DNA of 64,000 nucleotides from Bdellovibrionota bacterium (GCA_044356295.1 JBIKWN010000003.1:1-64000), one strand, 5' to 3'. Counted from the first letter of the stretch, positions 19,326 to 31,024 are shown. Numbers and translations: made by a program. The notes: generated by a model from the sequence alone, not told the origin.

Positions 19326-22300
19326 ATGTCGGTAGATTATGTAAAAAGGTTGAGCATGCAGGGTAAAAGGTTTTTCGGTCTGCAAGGGGGTGCCACTGGG
19401 TGGTTCATCGGCAGAGCCTTGTCTACTCATCCAAGGATCGTTCTTTTTTGTAAAAGTAAGAACGCACAAGAGAGCCTAGTTGGCGACCTTCAATTCTTCT
19501 GTGGCGATACACCAATTCTTGTTATATCTGGCTCAGATACACTGCCTTTCGAAGAAGTCTCACCAGATATTGACCTCTCTGCACAGCGACTTCATGCTTT
19601 TTTATCGCTTAAGAAGCTACCATCTTACGTTGCTATAATTTCTCCTGACGCGCTCCCTCAAAAGACGATACAAAGTTCTATTTTAGAAGACCTTTGCTTC
19701 GATCTGTCCCTAAAAGAGCAAATCACCAAAGAAATCCTAACCTCAAAGATGGTTCTTGCAGGGTATACGGGAACCTCATCAGTTTCGCAGGTTGGTGATT
19801 TTGCAATTCGAGGTAGTGTGGTTGATTGCTATTCATCCTCATACTCAAACCCCATAAGAATTGAATTTGAAGATTCAAAAATTATTTCGCTTAGGCTTTT
19901 TGATATTGATACGCAACGATCAATTAGTGAAATAAAAAAAGTTTCTATTTTTCCAGTAAGAGAGCTAACACTTTTTTCAAAAGAGACACCACTCCATGAA
20001 AAACTAGAAGCTGTTATCGCGCAGATTAAATCCAGAGGAAAACAGTTAGAAACACCACCTCGTGAAATTGCTCGGTGGATGTCTGCATTTCGAACGGGAA
20101 CTATTCTTCCCGGATATGAACTCATACAAAAGATAGTGACACCTGAAACAAAAACTATTTTTGATTTTATTCCAAACGATGCACAAACAATTATTCAAGA
20201 TAACATCGGAATTTTACAACTCGTCGATGAGGAATCTGACCTCATTGAATCACGATTTCAAAGACTTTCGGAAGAACATAGACTCATTCCAGAAATTTCG
20301 TCGGCATTTATCGATAGAAAAGTAATCTCAAATTATTTATCACAGACAAATCATATTCACATTGATCACCTCCCTTCAATTAATGATGATGAAGAATCTA
20401 TAAACCTTCTTACTCGCTCGACATTAGACATTTCAACTAAAGTAAAAGCCGCAAGAACCCTTGAAGACGGCGAATCAACTCTTAAGCAAGAACTTACAAA
20501 ACTTCGAAAAAAAGGAGTGATTATTGCTTTCTGTGTAGGGGCAGAAGCACGTGCAAAAAGACTACAATCGCTCCTTTCAAGAATTTCAATAGATGCCCCT
20601 ATTGCGTATTACTCTGCTAGAGAATGGCTTGATCATCCATTTAAACCTCCCGTTGTCATTCTTTCAGGCTCTCTATCTGGAGGATTTTTCATCTCTGATC
20701 CTAGCGCTGTATTTTTTGCAGAGCATGAAATATTTTCTGAAAGGTCACACCGAAAAAAAACTCACGCAGCATTCAATTTAAAAAGAATTCTCGCCTCACT
20801 TGCAAGACTTTCTGATGGGGATTATGTGGTTCACTCGGACTACGGTATTGGTCGATATCTTGGACTAAAACACTTTGAAGTTGAAGGCGGAAGTGGTGAT
20901 TTTTTACATATTCAGTATGCAGATAGCGTTCTCTATGTACCGATCCAAAATATTGGAAGAGTCAAAAAATTCTCTGCAAGTGAAGGACAAGTACCTCACC
21001 TTGATAAACTAGCATCGACTCGGTGGGTAAAAACAAAAGCTAAAATTAGAGAATCAGTAGCTGCGCTCGCCGGTGACCTTATTAGACTGTATGCAGCACG
21101 AAGCGTAGCCAAAGGATGGCGTTTTGAACCATGGGGTGCTGAAGATGAGCGTTTTGCCGAAGGTTTTCCTTATAACGAAACTCCTGATCAGCAAAAAGCA
21201 ATCGAAGAAGTCATTTCAGACATGAGCAAAGACCAAGTCATGGATAGACTCGTCTGTGGTGATGTCGGTTTTGGAAAGACAGAAGTTGCTATTCGTGCAG
21301 CATTCAAAGCAATTGAGCACAAACGACAAGTTGCTGTTCTTGTTCCAACAACAATCTTAGTTGAACAGCATCGAAAAAACTTTGCTCAACGATTTAAAGA
21401 ATATGATGTAAAAATTCGAGCACTCAGTCGATTTAATTCACCAAAAGACTCAAAAAAAATAATTGAAGATTTAAAAAATGGTGAAGTTGATATTGTTATT
21501 GGAACACATCGACTTTTATCAAAAGATATTCTCTTTAATGATTTAGGATTAGTAATTATTGATGAAGAACATCGATTTGGAGTAAAGCAAAAAGAAAAAT
21601 TAAAAGCACTCAAACGCTCAGTTGATGTATTAACGCTGACAGCAACACCAATTCCAAGAACGCTTCATATGTCACTTTTAAGCATTAGAGACATCAGTGT
21701 CATTCAATCCCCTCCACAAGATAGACGATCCATTAGAACGTATGTTGCAAACCACGATGCTACTTTAATCAGGGATGCAATTCTTCGAGAAATCCAACGA
21801 GGAGGACAAGCATTTTATTTACATAACAGAGTTCAGTCGATTGATGCAGTAACAGCCACACTAAAAGAACTCATTCCTGAAGCTCGACTTCGTTACGCTC
21901 ATGGTCAAATGTCAGAAACACAATTAGAAACGATAATGCAAGATTTTATCGATCATAAATTTGATGTTCTTGTGAGTACTACTATTATTGAATCAGGTAT
22001 TGATATCCCTAATGCAAATACACTTATTATTGAGCGAGCAGATACCTTTGGACTAGCTCAGCTGTATCAAATTCGTGGTCGTGTTGGTAGAAGCACGAGA
22101 CAAGCATATGCATATCTTTTGGTTCCAAAAACACAAAAACTAAATGAGGATGCCCGGCGCCGATTAAAAGCACTGCAATCACTTGATGAGCTTGGTCATG
22201 GATTTAATCTTGCGATGCAAGATCTTGAAATTCGTGGAGCTGGAAACTTGCTTGGGAAAGAACAATCTGGAAGCGTCTTGGCAGTTGGATTTGATCTCTA

Positions 22301-22808
22301 TACAAAAATTCTTCGTGAAGCAGTGCTGAATCTAAAAGGCGAAGAACTTGATCTCAGTGAATCAATTGATCCTGAAATTAAAATACCTGCTGCTGCTTTT
22401 ATTCCTGAATGGTACATCCCCGATGTATCAGAGCGTCTCATCATGTATCAAAGACTTGCTGGCATCGAAACTGATGTTGACAGTCAAGAATATCGATCTG
22501 AAATGATTGATAGATTTGGTCCACTTCCCCCAGAAGTTCATACATTCGTAGAGCTTATGAGGCTACGATCGCTTCTCCGAGTATACGGTGTTCCAAAACT
22601 TGAAATTGTTAACAATGGTATTGTCATCTCGCTTTCTAAGCGATCCCCAGTTCAGCTCGATAAAATTATGATTCTCACTAAAAAGCACCCTGAGACATTC
22701 CGTTTTGGAAAAAACTTATCCCTTACTATGAAACTCTTAAATCCCGAAAAAGTTCAGCCAGATGATATCTATCCACTTGTCGCTGAGATTTTTGAAAGAA
22801 TTTCTTAG
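19326..22808 (+). CDS. mfd: Transcription-repair coupling factor
   Basis: UvrB-homology N-terminus, GDYVVH..GIG RID, CGDVGFGKT, IDEEHRFG, TATPIPRT, DLEIRGAGNLLG; start may be 19356. Confidence 0.98.
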   Translation: MSVDYVKRLSMQGKRFFGLQGGATGWFIGRALSTHPRIVLFCKSKNAQESLVGDLQFFCGDTPILVISGSDTLPFEEVSPDIDLSAQRLHAFLSLKKLPSYVAIISPDALPQKTIQSSILEDLCFDLSLKEQITKEILTSKMVLAGYTGTSSVSQVGDFAIRGSVVDCYSSSYSNPIRIEFEDSKIISLRLFDIDTQRSISEIKKVSIFPVRELTLFSKETPLHEKLEAVIAQIKSRGKQLETPPREIARWMSAFRTGTILPGYELIQKIVTPETKTIFDFIPNDAQTIIQDNIGILQLVDEESDLIESRFQRLSEEHRLIPEISSAFIDRKVISNYLSQTNHIHIDHLPSINDDEESINLLTRSTLDISTKVKAARTLEDGESTLKQELTKLRKKGVIIAFCVGAEARAKRLQSLLSRISIDAPIAYYSAREWLDHPFKPPVVILSGSLSGGFFISDPSAVFFAEHEIFSERSHRKKTHAAFNLKRILASLARLSDGDYVVHSDYGIGRYLGLKHFEVEGGSGDFLHIQYADSVLYVPIQNIGRVKKFSASEGQVPHLDKLASTRWVKTKAKIRESVAALAGDLIRLYAARSVAKGWRFEPWGAEDERFAEGFPYNETPDQQKAIEEVISDMSKDQVMDRLVCGDVGFGKTEVAIRAAFKAIEHKRQVAVLVPTTILVEQHRKNFAQRFKEYDVKIRALSRFNSPKDSKKIIEDLKNGEVDIVIGTHRLLSKDILFNDLGLVIIDEEHRFGVKQKEKLKALKRSVDVLTLTATPIPRTLHMSLLSIRDISVIQSPPQDRRSIRTYVANHDATLIRDAILREIQRGGQAFYLHNRVQSIDAVTATLKELIPEARLRYAHGQMSETQLETIMQDFIDHKFDVLVSTTIIESGIDIPNANTLIIERADTFGLAQLYQIRGRVGRSTRQAYAYLLVPKTQKLNEDARRRLKALQSLDELGHGFNLAMQDLEIRGAGNLLGKEQSGSVLAVGFDLYTKILREAVLNLKGEELDLSESIDPEIKIPAAAFIPEWYIPDVSERLIMYQRLAGIETDVDSQEYRSEMIDRFGPLPPEVHTFVELMRLRSLLRVYGVPKLEIVNNGIVISLSKRSPVQLDKIMILTKKHPETFRFGKNLSLTMKLLNPEKVQPDDIYPLVAEIFERIS

Positions 22809-22840
22809 AATTGAATTCTTAATTCTAGTAGAATGCCTTT

Positions 22841-24967
22841 GTGAACGACCTTGGTAATCAGCGACTACAACTCTTTTTTCACCAAAGCCCATTGGGCTTT
22901 ATCGAATGGAATAAAGAATGGAAAGTTATTGGGTGGAATTCTGCTGCTTCTGCAATCTTTGAATTCACTCAAACAGAAGCCATGGGGATTGATCACTTAC
23001 AGATAATTCCTTTTTCAGATCAATTTCAAGTAAACCAAGTTATCGAACGACTCGAAAATCACCGTGGCGGACGATTTAGTGAAAATAACAATATTACAAA
23101 ATCCGGAAAAGTAATCCGTTGTCGTTGGTACAATACAATTCTTTATGACGAAAATGGAGAACAAATTGGCGCAGCATCCGTCGTACAAGATATTACAAAA
23201 GAAGTTGAAGCCCATAAGCGACTGCTTTCGTATTATGAACGATTAAATGAATTTAGTAATAACCTACTTGAAATATCACAACGACGTTCAATTTCAGGGG
23301 AACGACTCGGTTCAACTATTCGTGAATTAACAGAGTTTGGTGCTAGAGCACTAAAAGTTGATAGGGCCAGTAGCTGGTTATTTAATCAGTCTCATACAGC
23401 AGCAACAGCTGTAACTGTTTTTGATCTTCGAACTTCAATACATATTTCTGGAAATACTTTACAGTTTAGCGATTATCCAAATTTTTTTGATGCACTCACT
23501 GAAGAACGGTTTATAGCGGCGGATAAAGCTCGAACTGATCCGAGAACGAAAGAATTTTTAGAGAATTACTTTATTCCAGAAAATATTTTTGGAAAGCTCT
23601 CAATCATTGTCCGAAAAAAAGGAGCCATTACTGGCATGCTTTGCTTTGAGCATGCCGATTCAAATCGTAGCTGGGAACCAGAAGAACTTCTATTTGCAAC
23701 AGCACTTTCTGATTTAACATCACTCGCTCTCGAAGAAAGAGAGCGTTCAATAGAAGAATCAAAGCGAAAACGTCTCGAAGAGCAGCTTTTTCAAAGTCAG
23801 AAATTAGAGGCCCTTGGCTCACTCGCTGGAGGCATAGCTCATGACTTTAATAATTTACTAAGCGCAATTCTTGGAAGTGCTGAGCTTGCTGAACTCCGCC
23901 TTCAAGCCAACCAAGATATTCGACCTCAATTTCAAACCATCCATCAAGCTGGTGCACGTGCAAGAGATCTCGTAAAACAAATTTTAACCTTTAGTAGAAA
24001 AGCCCCTCTTACCCTTGAACCGTTAATACTAGAAAGCGCTATCGAATCCGGACTTGGGCTGTTAAAAACTACTCTTCCCTCATCCATCAACTTACAGGTG
24101 ACCTTACAAGAAGTTCCAACGTATATACTTGGTTCGCTCACCCAAATTCATCAAATCCTTATTAATTTGGTTACAAATGCATCCCATGCTATCGGCGATG
24201 AACCAGGTCTGATCTCAATTGAAACAAAGAGGTATAACTTTATCAGTCAAGAAGGTTTGATTGATGCTCTTCCACATATCAGCTTACATTCAGGAGAGCA
24301 TATCGAACTTTGCATTAAAGATTCAGGACATGGAATTCCAGAATCAATCCTGAGTAGTATCTTTGATCCATTTTTTACTACCAAAGATACAGGCAAAGGA
24401 ACTGGTCTTGGACTCTCGATTGTTCATTCAATCGTTCGTAACCTAAGCGGAGCAATTACAGTAGAAAGCACTCATCGTAAAGGCACAACATTTCATATCT
24501 ACTTTCCAATCCTTAAGAAGGATGCCTTGGAGCCCAATAAAAACCCTTTAGACATTGAATCAGATAAAAAATTACCTACTGGTTCGAATAAACAAATCAT
24601 CATAATAGATGATGAGGCATCTATCGTTTCACTTCTAAAAGATATTCTCGAAAAAGAAAATTATATTGTTAAAAGCTTCAATCGACCTGATGAAGCACTT
24701 TTAGCTTTTCAAAAAGATCCCTCCTTATATTCCCTTATTATCACTGATCAAATGATGCCTATAATGACTGGAATTCATCTGGCAGAAAAAATTAAAAGGA
24801 TCTCATCTTCAACTCCAGTAATACTCCTTTCTGGGCATGCGTTTCCCGAACGATTCACTGAGCTTGGAATATCAGCGTGTATCCCTAAGCCTTTTACCCC
24901 TGCAACATTACTTGAAGTAGTTGCAAAACTTGCACATCGAATGACACCAGTTAATAAAAAATTATAG
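22841..24967 (+). CDS. Hybrid sensor histidine kinase (PAS-GAF-HisKA-HATPase-REC)
   Basis: PAS (WN..A), [31 protein letters not shown]-terminal IIDDE/ITDQMMP/KP. Confidence 0.95.
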   Translation: MNDLGNQRLQLFFHQSPLGFIEWNKEWKVIGWNSAASAIFEFTQTEAMGIDHLQIIPFSDQFQVNQVIERLENHRGGRFSENNNITKSGKVIRCRWYNTILYDENGEQIGAASVVQDITKEVEAHKRLLSYYERLNEFSNNLLEISQRRSISGERLGSTIRELTEFGARALKVDRASSWLFNQSHTAATAVTVFDLRTSIHISGNTLQFSDYPNFFDALTEERFIAADKARTDPRTKEFLENYFIPENIFGKLSIIVRKKGAITGMLCFEHADSNRSWEPEELLFATALSDLTSLALEERERSIEESKRKRLEEQLFQSQKLEALGSLAGGIAHDFNNLLSAILGSAELAELRLQANQDIRPQFQTIHQAGARARDLVKQILTFSRKAPLTLEPLILESAIESGLGLLKTTLPSSINLQVTLQEVPTYILGSLTQIHQILINLVTNASHAIGDEPGLISIETKRYNFISQEGLIDALPHISLHSGEHIELCIKDSGHGIPESILSSIFDPFFTTKDTGKGTGLGLSIVHSIVRNLSGAITVESTHRKGTTFHIYFPILKKDALEPNKNPLDIESDKKLPTGSNKQIIIIDDEASIVSLLKDILEKENYIVKSFNRPDEALLAFQKDPSLYSLIITDQMMPIMTGIHLAEKIKRISSSTPVILLSGHAFPERFTELGISACIPKPFTPATLLEVVAKLAHRMTPVNKKL

Positions 24968-24971
24968 ATCT

Positions 24972-25367
24972 TTAAGCTTTACTAAGACTTTTAAGTATCT
25001 GCATTGCTTTATTTGCATCACTTGGTCTTACAAAAAGATGATCATGAAATATTGGTGAAAACGCATTAACACTTATTGAATGCTCAGCTAAAGCATTTGT
25101 AATTCGAGCTAAAAATCCGACTGCATCAAGAGATGAATTAACATTTAAAGTAATCTGGGTTCCGATCCAATCGATAGACAATCCAAGTTGCTCGGCATCC
25201 TTTACTTTATAAATCACTGTTACTCCTTCCTGTTCCTGAAACATTGCGATTGGAAGAATAGAGAAATCTTTTAGTTGCTCTGTGGTTACGTTACAGAACG
25301 CACAATCAGAGCCAAGGAGCGGCTCAATATGTTTGAGCAATAGTTCAAGGTTTGTGATAGGCCTCAT
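24972..25367 (-). CDS. ACT-domain protein (DUF2241-like)
   Basis: F.EQEGVT, ITLNVNSSLDAVGF, HDHLFV. Confidence 0.85.
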   Translation of the reverse strand: MRPITNLELLLKHIEPLLGSDCAFCNVTTEQLKDFSILPIAMFQEQEGVTVIYKVKDAEQLGLSIDWIGTQITLNVNSSLDAVGFLARITNALAEHSISVNAFSPIFHDHLFVRPSDANKAMQILKSLSKA

Positions 25368-25461
25368 AAATCTACTTTAAGCCATCCATTACAAAGAAAT
25401 AAACTGTACAGATAGGAATCTCTTTTCTATTTCAATAAAAAGGGCGAAGATAGCAGCGCCA

Positions 25462-26463
25462 ATGAGACACTTCAATCGAAAAACTCTTGTAATTTCAATT
25501 AGTTATATTTTTCTCGTTGCCTATTCTTCTTTTGCTGAAAGGCTTATCGACTCAGTTATTGCTACCGTCGATGATAAGCCGATTACATTGCTAGAATTAG
25601 GCAAACGCCTCTCTCCTGTAAGGCAAGTTGCGCTAAAAGAATTACAAACAGATGAAGTAGTGAAGAAAGCTCTTGATGGTCTCATCCTTGAGAAGCTCTT
25701 AGTAGCGGAAGCTGAAAGAAAGAATATAAGAATCAGCGATGAAGATATCACCCGATACGTAGAAGAAGTAAAGCAGCGTAATCAACTCTCAGATTCAGCA
25801 TTTGAAGATGCCTTGAGAAAAGAAAATCAATCACTTGCTACGTATAAAGACAGAGTAAAAAGTGAAATATTAAAAAGTCGCGTTGCCACTGCTTCAATTA
25901 AAAGCACTGCCGCTGTTACCGATGAAGAGGTAACACAATTTATTAAACAAAAATTAAGTGGCGAATCGATTCATGCTTCCGGTCAAAAAGTCCATTTAAG
26001 AAGAATACTTCTCTCTTCATCGAAATATAGTGCAGAGGATGCTCGTAAAAAAAGTGAAGATTTAAAATTAGAAATCTTAGATGGTTCTGATTTTGCTGAG
26101 ATAGCAAAATCTGTTTCCGATGCAACTGATGCAATCAACGGTGGCGATCTTGGGATTGTACCCAGCAATGATTTAAGTCCAGAAATTATCGATGCAGTTA
26201 AACCGCTAAAAGCAAATGAACTTTCTCACCTCGTTACAACACCTGAGGGTTTTGAGATTTTTCAACTCATCGAAAGAATAGATAGCTCTGAATCAGATTC
26301 ATCTGATGAAGATGAAGAGTTAAAAAAGAAAGTAGAGGCTGTGCCAGATGATATTCGTGCTCAGATAAAACAAAAGCTTGAAGCTGAAAAAATGGAGAAG
26401 AAAATGATATCATTTATCGATATTGAACTTCCTAAACTCCATACTATTGAAAAAAAATTTTAA
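25462..26463 (+). CDS. surA: SurA-like periplasmic chaperone / parvulin PPIase
   Basis: Signal peptide, IDSVIATVD, SurA N-domain, FAEIAK..S...GGDLG. Confidence 0.82.
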   Translation: MRHFNRKTLVISISYIFLVAYSSFAERLIDSVIATVDDKPITLLELGKRLSPVRQVALKELQTDEVVKKALDGLILEKLLVAEAERKNIRISDEDITRYVEEVKQRNQLSDSAFEDALRKENQSLATYKDRVKSEILKSRVATASIKSTAAVTDEEVTQFIKQKLSGESIHASGQKVHLRRILLSSSKYSAEDARKKSEDLKLEILDGSDFAEIAKSVSDATDAINGGDLGIVPSNDLSPEIIDAVKPLKANELSHLVTTPEGFEIFQLIERIDSSESDSSDEDEELKKKVEAVPDDIRAQIKQKLEAEKMEKKMISFIDIELPKLHTIEKKF

Positions 26464-26483
26464 TAATTAAGGGATAGTACTTT

Positions 26484-27863
26484 ATGAAACTTTTTCCACA
26501 TATCTTCCGTGAATATGACATTAGAGGAACAGTCGATGTCGATTTATCAACTGATTTTGCTTATTTACTCGGACGAGCATATGCAACGCTCGCTAAAGAA
26601 AATAAAAAAAATCAAATAGCCGTCGGTTATGATTGTCGATTAAGTTCCCCTGGATATGCCGATGCTGTTTGTAAAGGACTAAACGATGAAGGTATCGATG
26701 CTGTCCTCATTGGAATGGGTCCTACACCACTCGCCTACTTTTCTACGTTCGTCTATGGATTTGGTGGAGCTATTCAAATCACAGGGAGCCATAACCCACC
26801 TGATATGAACGGTTTTAAAATCTGTCTAGGAACAAGTACGTTGTCTGGACCAGATATTCAAGATCTTTTAAAACGTTGCGATCGACTCAATGGAACAGAG
26901 GCAAAACATAAAGGTGTTGGAACAACTTCAAGAAAAAATATTATCGAAGATTACTCATCTCATATTATTAATAATATTAAACCTCACATGGGTAATCGCA
27001 AACTAAAAGTTGTATGTGATGCCGGCAATGGTGTTGGTGGAATGACGGGGCCTACTATCCTTAGATCACTTGGATGTGAAGTTATTGAACTTTTCTGTGA
27101 ACCAGATGGTAACTTCCCAAATCATCATCCTGATCCTACTGTTCTGAAAAATATCCAAACGCTTATCAAGACTGTAAAAGAGACTGGGGCCGATATCGGG
27201 ATCGGCTGGGATGGAGATGCCGATAGGATTGGTGCAGTTGATGAAAAAGGAAATGTTATCTTTGGCGATATGCTCGTACTGATTTTCGGTCGAGCAATCC
27301 TTAATGAAGATGCAGGAGCAACAATTATTGGCGATGTAAAATGCTCAAAGCTTCTTTTTGATGACATTAATCAAAAAGGTGGGAAGGCTATTATGTGGAA
27401 AACTGGTCACTCACTCATCAAAGCAAAATTAAAAGAGACTGGTGGAGCTCTTGCTGGAGAAATGAGCGGACATATCTTTTTCAAAAATAGGTTTTTCGGA
27501 TTTGATGACGCAATTTATGCCTCTTGTCGTCTTATAGAAATCTTAAGTAATACCGATAAAAAAGCATCATCACTTCTTGCAGACCTTCCTGTAATGGTTT
27601 CAACACCTGAAATACGATTCGATTGCCCAGAAGAGATTAAATTTAAAGTTCCCGAACTTGCGAAAAATGCATTCAAAGACTATTCAGTTGATACAACTGA
27701 TGGAGCACGCATCACATTCGAACATGGTTGGGGGCTCATTCGAGCATCAAACACTCAACCTGTTTTAGTTATGAGATTTGAAGCAACAACGGAATCTGAA
27801 CTTAAGAAGTACGAGTCACTCGTAAATGCTAAGCTCGAAGAAATTATTTCTTCCTTAAAGTAG
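26484..27863 (+). CDS. Phosphomannomutase/phosphoglucomutase (AlgC-like)
   Basis: FREYDIRG, TGSHNP, DGDADR, GEMSGH, RASNT. Confidence 0.96.
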   Translation: MKLFPHIFREYDIRGTVDVDLSTDFAYLLGRAYATLAKENKKNQIAVGYDCRLSSPGYADAVCKGLNDEGIDAVLIGMGPTPLAYFSTFVYGFGGAIQITGSHNPPDMNGFKICLGTSTLSGPDIQDLLKRCDRLNGTEAKHKGVGTTSRKNIIEDYSSHIINNIKPHMGNRKLKVVCDAGNGVGGMTGPTILRSLGCEVIELFCEPDGNFPNHHPDPTVLKNIQTLIKTVKETGADIGIGWDGDADRIGAVDEKGNVIFGDMLVLIFGRAILNEDAGATIIGDVKCSKLLFDDINQKGGKAIMWKTGHSLIKAKLKETGGALAGEMSGHIFFKNRFFGFDDAIYASCRLIEILSNTDKKASSLLADLPVMVSTPEIRFDCPEEIKFKVPELAKNAFKDYSVDTTDGARITFEHGWGLIRASNTQPVLVMRFEATTESELKKYESLVNAKLEEIISSLK

Positions 27864-27875
27864 TTCGAATCAATA

Positions 27876-28277
27876 CTAAATCGACCAGAGTGCGTCGATC
27901 TTCTCTTCAAGAGCAGTTGGGGAAAAAGGCTTTAATAGGTAGTCCATCGCTCGGCAATCGAGGGATTCTAAAAGCTCCTTCTTGTCGAGATCTGATGTTA
28001 TAAATATCGTTCTTAAATACTGCAATCGATCCGTGCCATCTAGCATCTTGATGAGATCGGTTCCTAATCCATCTTTAAGATGAATATCTGATACAAGCAA
28101 ATCAATATTACTATTTTTTAAGTGCTCAATTGAATCTGTAATACCGTTACACTCAATAAAGTTTTTAAACCCGATTCGAGCGAGCATACGAACTGTTACT
28201 TTTCTAGCTGAAGGAACATCATCAACAACAAGCACTTTGACTTCTGCTTTTCTTTCATCTGTAAGTTTTTCAGCCAT
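27876..28277 (-). CDS. Single-domain response regulator (CheY-like)
   Basis: LVVDD, VSDIHL, ITS, LKPF. Confidence 0.88.
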   Translation of the reverse strand: MAEKLTDERKAEVKVLVVDDVPSARKVTVRMLARIGFKNFIECNGITDSIEHLKNSNIDLLVSDIHLKDGLGTDLIKMLDGTDRLQYLRTIFITSDLDKKELLESLDCRAMDYLLKPFSPTALEEKIDALWSI

Positions 28278-28298
28278 ATAAAAAAGAACTCCTTCACG

Positions 28299-29918
28299 CT
28301 AAATTTTTACTAATCGATGAATTGTAGAAAACAAATCTGGATAAGATATAGGTTTTCCTAAAATCTCATCGATACCAGCAGCAATATACCTTTCCTTATC
28401 TTGTTCAAATACGTTAGCAGTTAAAGCTATAATTGGCACTAAAGAATCTTTTTCATTCATTATTTTTCTTAAATGAATAGCTGCTTGCTCTCCTCCCATA
28501 ACTGGCATTTGAATATCAAGTAGAATGCATTGAATATTACTTGTCTTAAATGCATCGATTGCTTCTTGTCCATTATTTGCAACAGTAACAATACAACCGG
28601 ATTTTTCAAGTATTCTTTTAATTGCCTGCTGATTAACGAGGTTATCCTCAGCGAGTAACACGGGTAAATTTTCAAACCCAATTTCATTAATTAACTGCTC
28701 TTTTGATGTCTTGATATACTTATCAGAAGTTTGGTATGGAAGAGAAATATGGAAGGTAGAGCCAATTCCTTCAATACTTTTGACCCATACCGATCCGGAC
28801 ATTAATTCACAAAGTTTTTTAACAATGGTAAGTCCAAGCCCAGTTCCGCCGTACTTTCTTGTCGTAGAGGTATCAGACTGGCTAAAACTTTCAAATATTT
28901 TTTCGAATTTTGAAGGATGAATACCTATACCTGTATCACTTATAGAAAGATGGATTCCTTGTTCTATACCATCCACCATTTCGGGTTCAACTAATACCGA
29001 AACGCCTCTTTTATTAGGACTGAACTTAATTGCATTTGATAGTATGTTTGAAAGTATTTGTTGGTAACGAATCTTATCTCCAACATATTTTGTATTGCCA
29101 CATTGATATGTAAGAATTACTTCGACTTCTTTTTCTTGTGCAACTATTTTCAAAAGCTCTACGATTTCTTCTGTTGCAGATTTTACGTTGAAAGGGGCCT
29201 TCTCTATAACCATCCGACCTGCTTCAATTTTAGAAAAATCAAGTACGTCATTAATGATAGTTCTGAGTGAATGTGCGCAACTTTGGATTGTCCTTAGATC
29301 GTGCTCTTGCTCTTCGGTTAACTCAGAATAAAGCAGTAACTCAATATAACTCACTATTCCACTGAGCGGTGTTCTTATTTCATGACTCATATTTGCCAGA
29401 AAGTGCGATTTCATCTCAGATGCTCGCTCGGCAATTGCAAGTGTTTTTGAAAGTTCTTCAGTTCTGGATTTTACCTCTTCATCGAGTTTAGCATTTCTTT
29501 TAAACAAACTTTTTTGTGCTTCTATTATACGCTCACCGGCGCGAAGTCTTACTTTGAGCACTTCAACATCAAAAGGCTTTGTAATGAAATCATCTGCACC
29601 TGCATCAAAGCCCTGAACCATACATTGTTTTTCAGCATTACTCGTAAGAATAATACCGTAAAATGGATGTTGTTGTCCGAGAGGAAGGGTGCGTTGTTCT
29701 CTGATGATATCAACCCCTGTCTTGTGGGGCATATTCCAATCAAGGATTGCGATATCTATTTCTTGATTTTGCTCTAAGAGTAATTGAGCTTGTCTCCCGT
29801 CTGATGCAACAAGTACTTCATGCCCCCATCTAACCATGAGGCGCTCAAGCACCTTGGTCACTGTCTTATCATCATCAGCGATTAGAATTTTCAACGTTTC
29901 GTAGCCTCCAGAGAACAA
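28299..29918 (-). CDS. Hybrid histidine kinase (REC-HisKA-HATPase-REC)
   Basis: IADDD/LDWNMP, FLANMSHEIRTP, NAIKF, GGTGLGL, LAEDN/LDIQMP; TTG start. Confidence 0.95.
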   Translation of the reverse strand: MFSGGYETLKILIADDDKTVTKVLERLMVRWGHEVLVASDGRQAQLLLEQNQEIDIAILDWNMPHKTGVDIIREQRTLPLGQQHPFYGIILTSNAEKQCMVQGFDAGADDFITKPFDVEVLKVRLRAGERIIEAQKSLFKRNAKLDEEVKSRTEELSKTLAIAERASEMKSHFLANMSHEIRTPLSGIVSYIELLLYSELTEEQEHDLRTIQSCAHSLRTIINDVLDFSKIEAGRMVIEKAPFNVKSATEEIVELLKIVAQEKEVEVILTYQCGNTKYVGDKIRYQQILSNILSNAIKFSPNKRGVSVLVEPEMVDGIEQGIHLSISDTGIGIHPSKFEKIFESFSQSDTSTTRKYGGTGLGLTIVKKLCELMSGSVWVKSIEGIGSTFHISLPYQTSDKYIKTSKEQLINEIGFENLPVLLAEDNLVNQQAIKRILEKSGCIVTVANNGQEAIDAFKTSNIQCILLDIQMPVMGGEQAAIHLRKIMNEKDSLVPIIALTANVFEQDKERYIAAGIDEILGKPISYPDLFSTIHRLVKI

Positions 29919-30009
29919 TGGTCGGCAAAGTTTAAAAATAACTTGATATGCTACTAACTATTGGTATTTAAAGGGAGAATTACGGATTTTTTCTGGGTGA
30001 TACTCACTA

Positions 30010-30193
30010 CTGTCCGGTAGAAAATAACTGAAAAAGTTTTTAGTAACGCGAAGGTCGCGAAGTACGCGAAGGATCTAATTAAATCCTTCGCGTACTTAAC
30101 GTTACTAAATTTAAATGGAAAAAATATTAAATCTTTATTTAGTCGTAATTTTGCAATTACTTAAAGCATATATGTAGGCTTCTTACCGGACAG
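30010..30193. mobile_element. MITE-like 184-bp element
   Basis: Perfect 10-bp terminal inverted repeats CTGTCCGGTA/TACCGGACAG, CTA on both flanks, no ORF, contains REP-like copy 2. Confidence 0.45.
30039..30109. repeat. REP-like nested palindrome, copy 2
   Basis: TTTAGTAACG/CGTTACTAAA outer arms; AAGTACGCGAAGGAT 30060-30074 pairs with 30083-30097. Confidence 0.85.
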
Positions 30194-30214
30194 CTACGGG
30201 GCGATATTATCAAA

Positions 30215-30943
30215 CTATGACAGAGAAAAATCATCTCCTAAATAGTACCTTCTAGCTTTTTCAGAGTGGGCTATATGATTTGGATCTCCAGCTTCAAGAA
30301 CCTCTCCATCAACAAGAATATATGCACGGTCACAAATATGGAGTGTCTCACGTACGTTATGGTCAGTAATTAAAACACCAATACCGTGATCCTTTAAAGC
30401 ACTGATAATAAATTGAATATCTTTAATAGCAATCGGATCAATGCCTGCAAACGGCTCATCTAACAACATAAAAACAGGATCACGAGCAAGGGCCCGTGTT
30501 ATTTCAACTCTTCTTCTTTCACCACCTGACAGAGCGCTGGCAATACTATTTTCAATGTGGTTAAGCCCAAGACTAGTAAGCAACTCTTGAAGTCGCTCTT
30601 CTCTTGCATCATTATTTTCAAAAGGCATTGTCTCGAGAATCGCCATAATATTATCTCGAACAGAGAGCTTTCGAAAAACTGATGCCTCCTGCGGGAGATA
30701 ACCAATCCCTTGTTTCGCTCTTTCAAACATTGGGAGATCCGTAATATTTTGACCATCAAAAACAACAGCGCCTGATTCTGGGGCAACAAGACCTACACAC
30801 ATATAAAACGTTGTAGTCTTTCCAGCACCATTGGGACCGAGCAGTCCAACAACTTCGCCAGAACGGACGCCGACTGAAACGCCTTTTACTACGGTTCTTC
30901 CACCGTATATTTTTTTAACGTCGAGGGTTTCAAGAGTATGCAT
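30215..30943 (-). CDS. lptB: LPS export ABC ATPase LptB
   Basis: GPNGAGKTTTFY, YLPQEASVFRKL, LSGGERRRVEI, LDEPFAG, TDHNVRE. Confidence 0.97.
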   Translation of the reverse strand: MHTLETLDVKKIYGGRTVVKGVSVGVRSGEVVGLLGPNGAGKTTTFYMCVGLVAPESGAVVFDGQNITDLPMFERAKQGIGYLPQEASVFRKLSVRDNIMAILETMPFENNDAREERLQELLTSLGLNHIENSIASALSGGERRRVEITRALARDPVFMLLDEPFAGIDPIAIKDIQFIISALKDHGIGVLITDHNVRETLHICDRAYILVDGEVLEAGDPNHIAHSEKARRYYLGDDFSLS

Positions 30944-31024
30944 AGATTTGAACAATCATTATTCGATTTCTGTCCTTACTATGCAAGAAGCCCCCCCCAT
31001 ACTTACGTTAAGAATAAATCACCC

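Noticed and set aside
30981..30999. Sigma54 promoter for lptB on the minus strand (G-tract...TTGCA)
   Set aside because: GG-N10-GC spacing is met trivially by the G-run, and there is no TGGCAC-like -24 element
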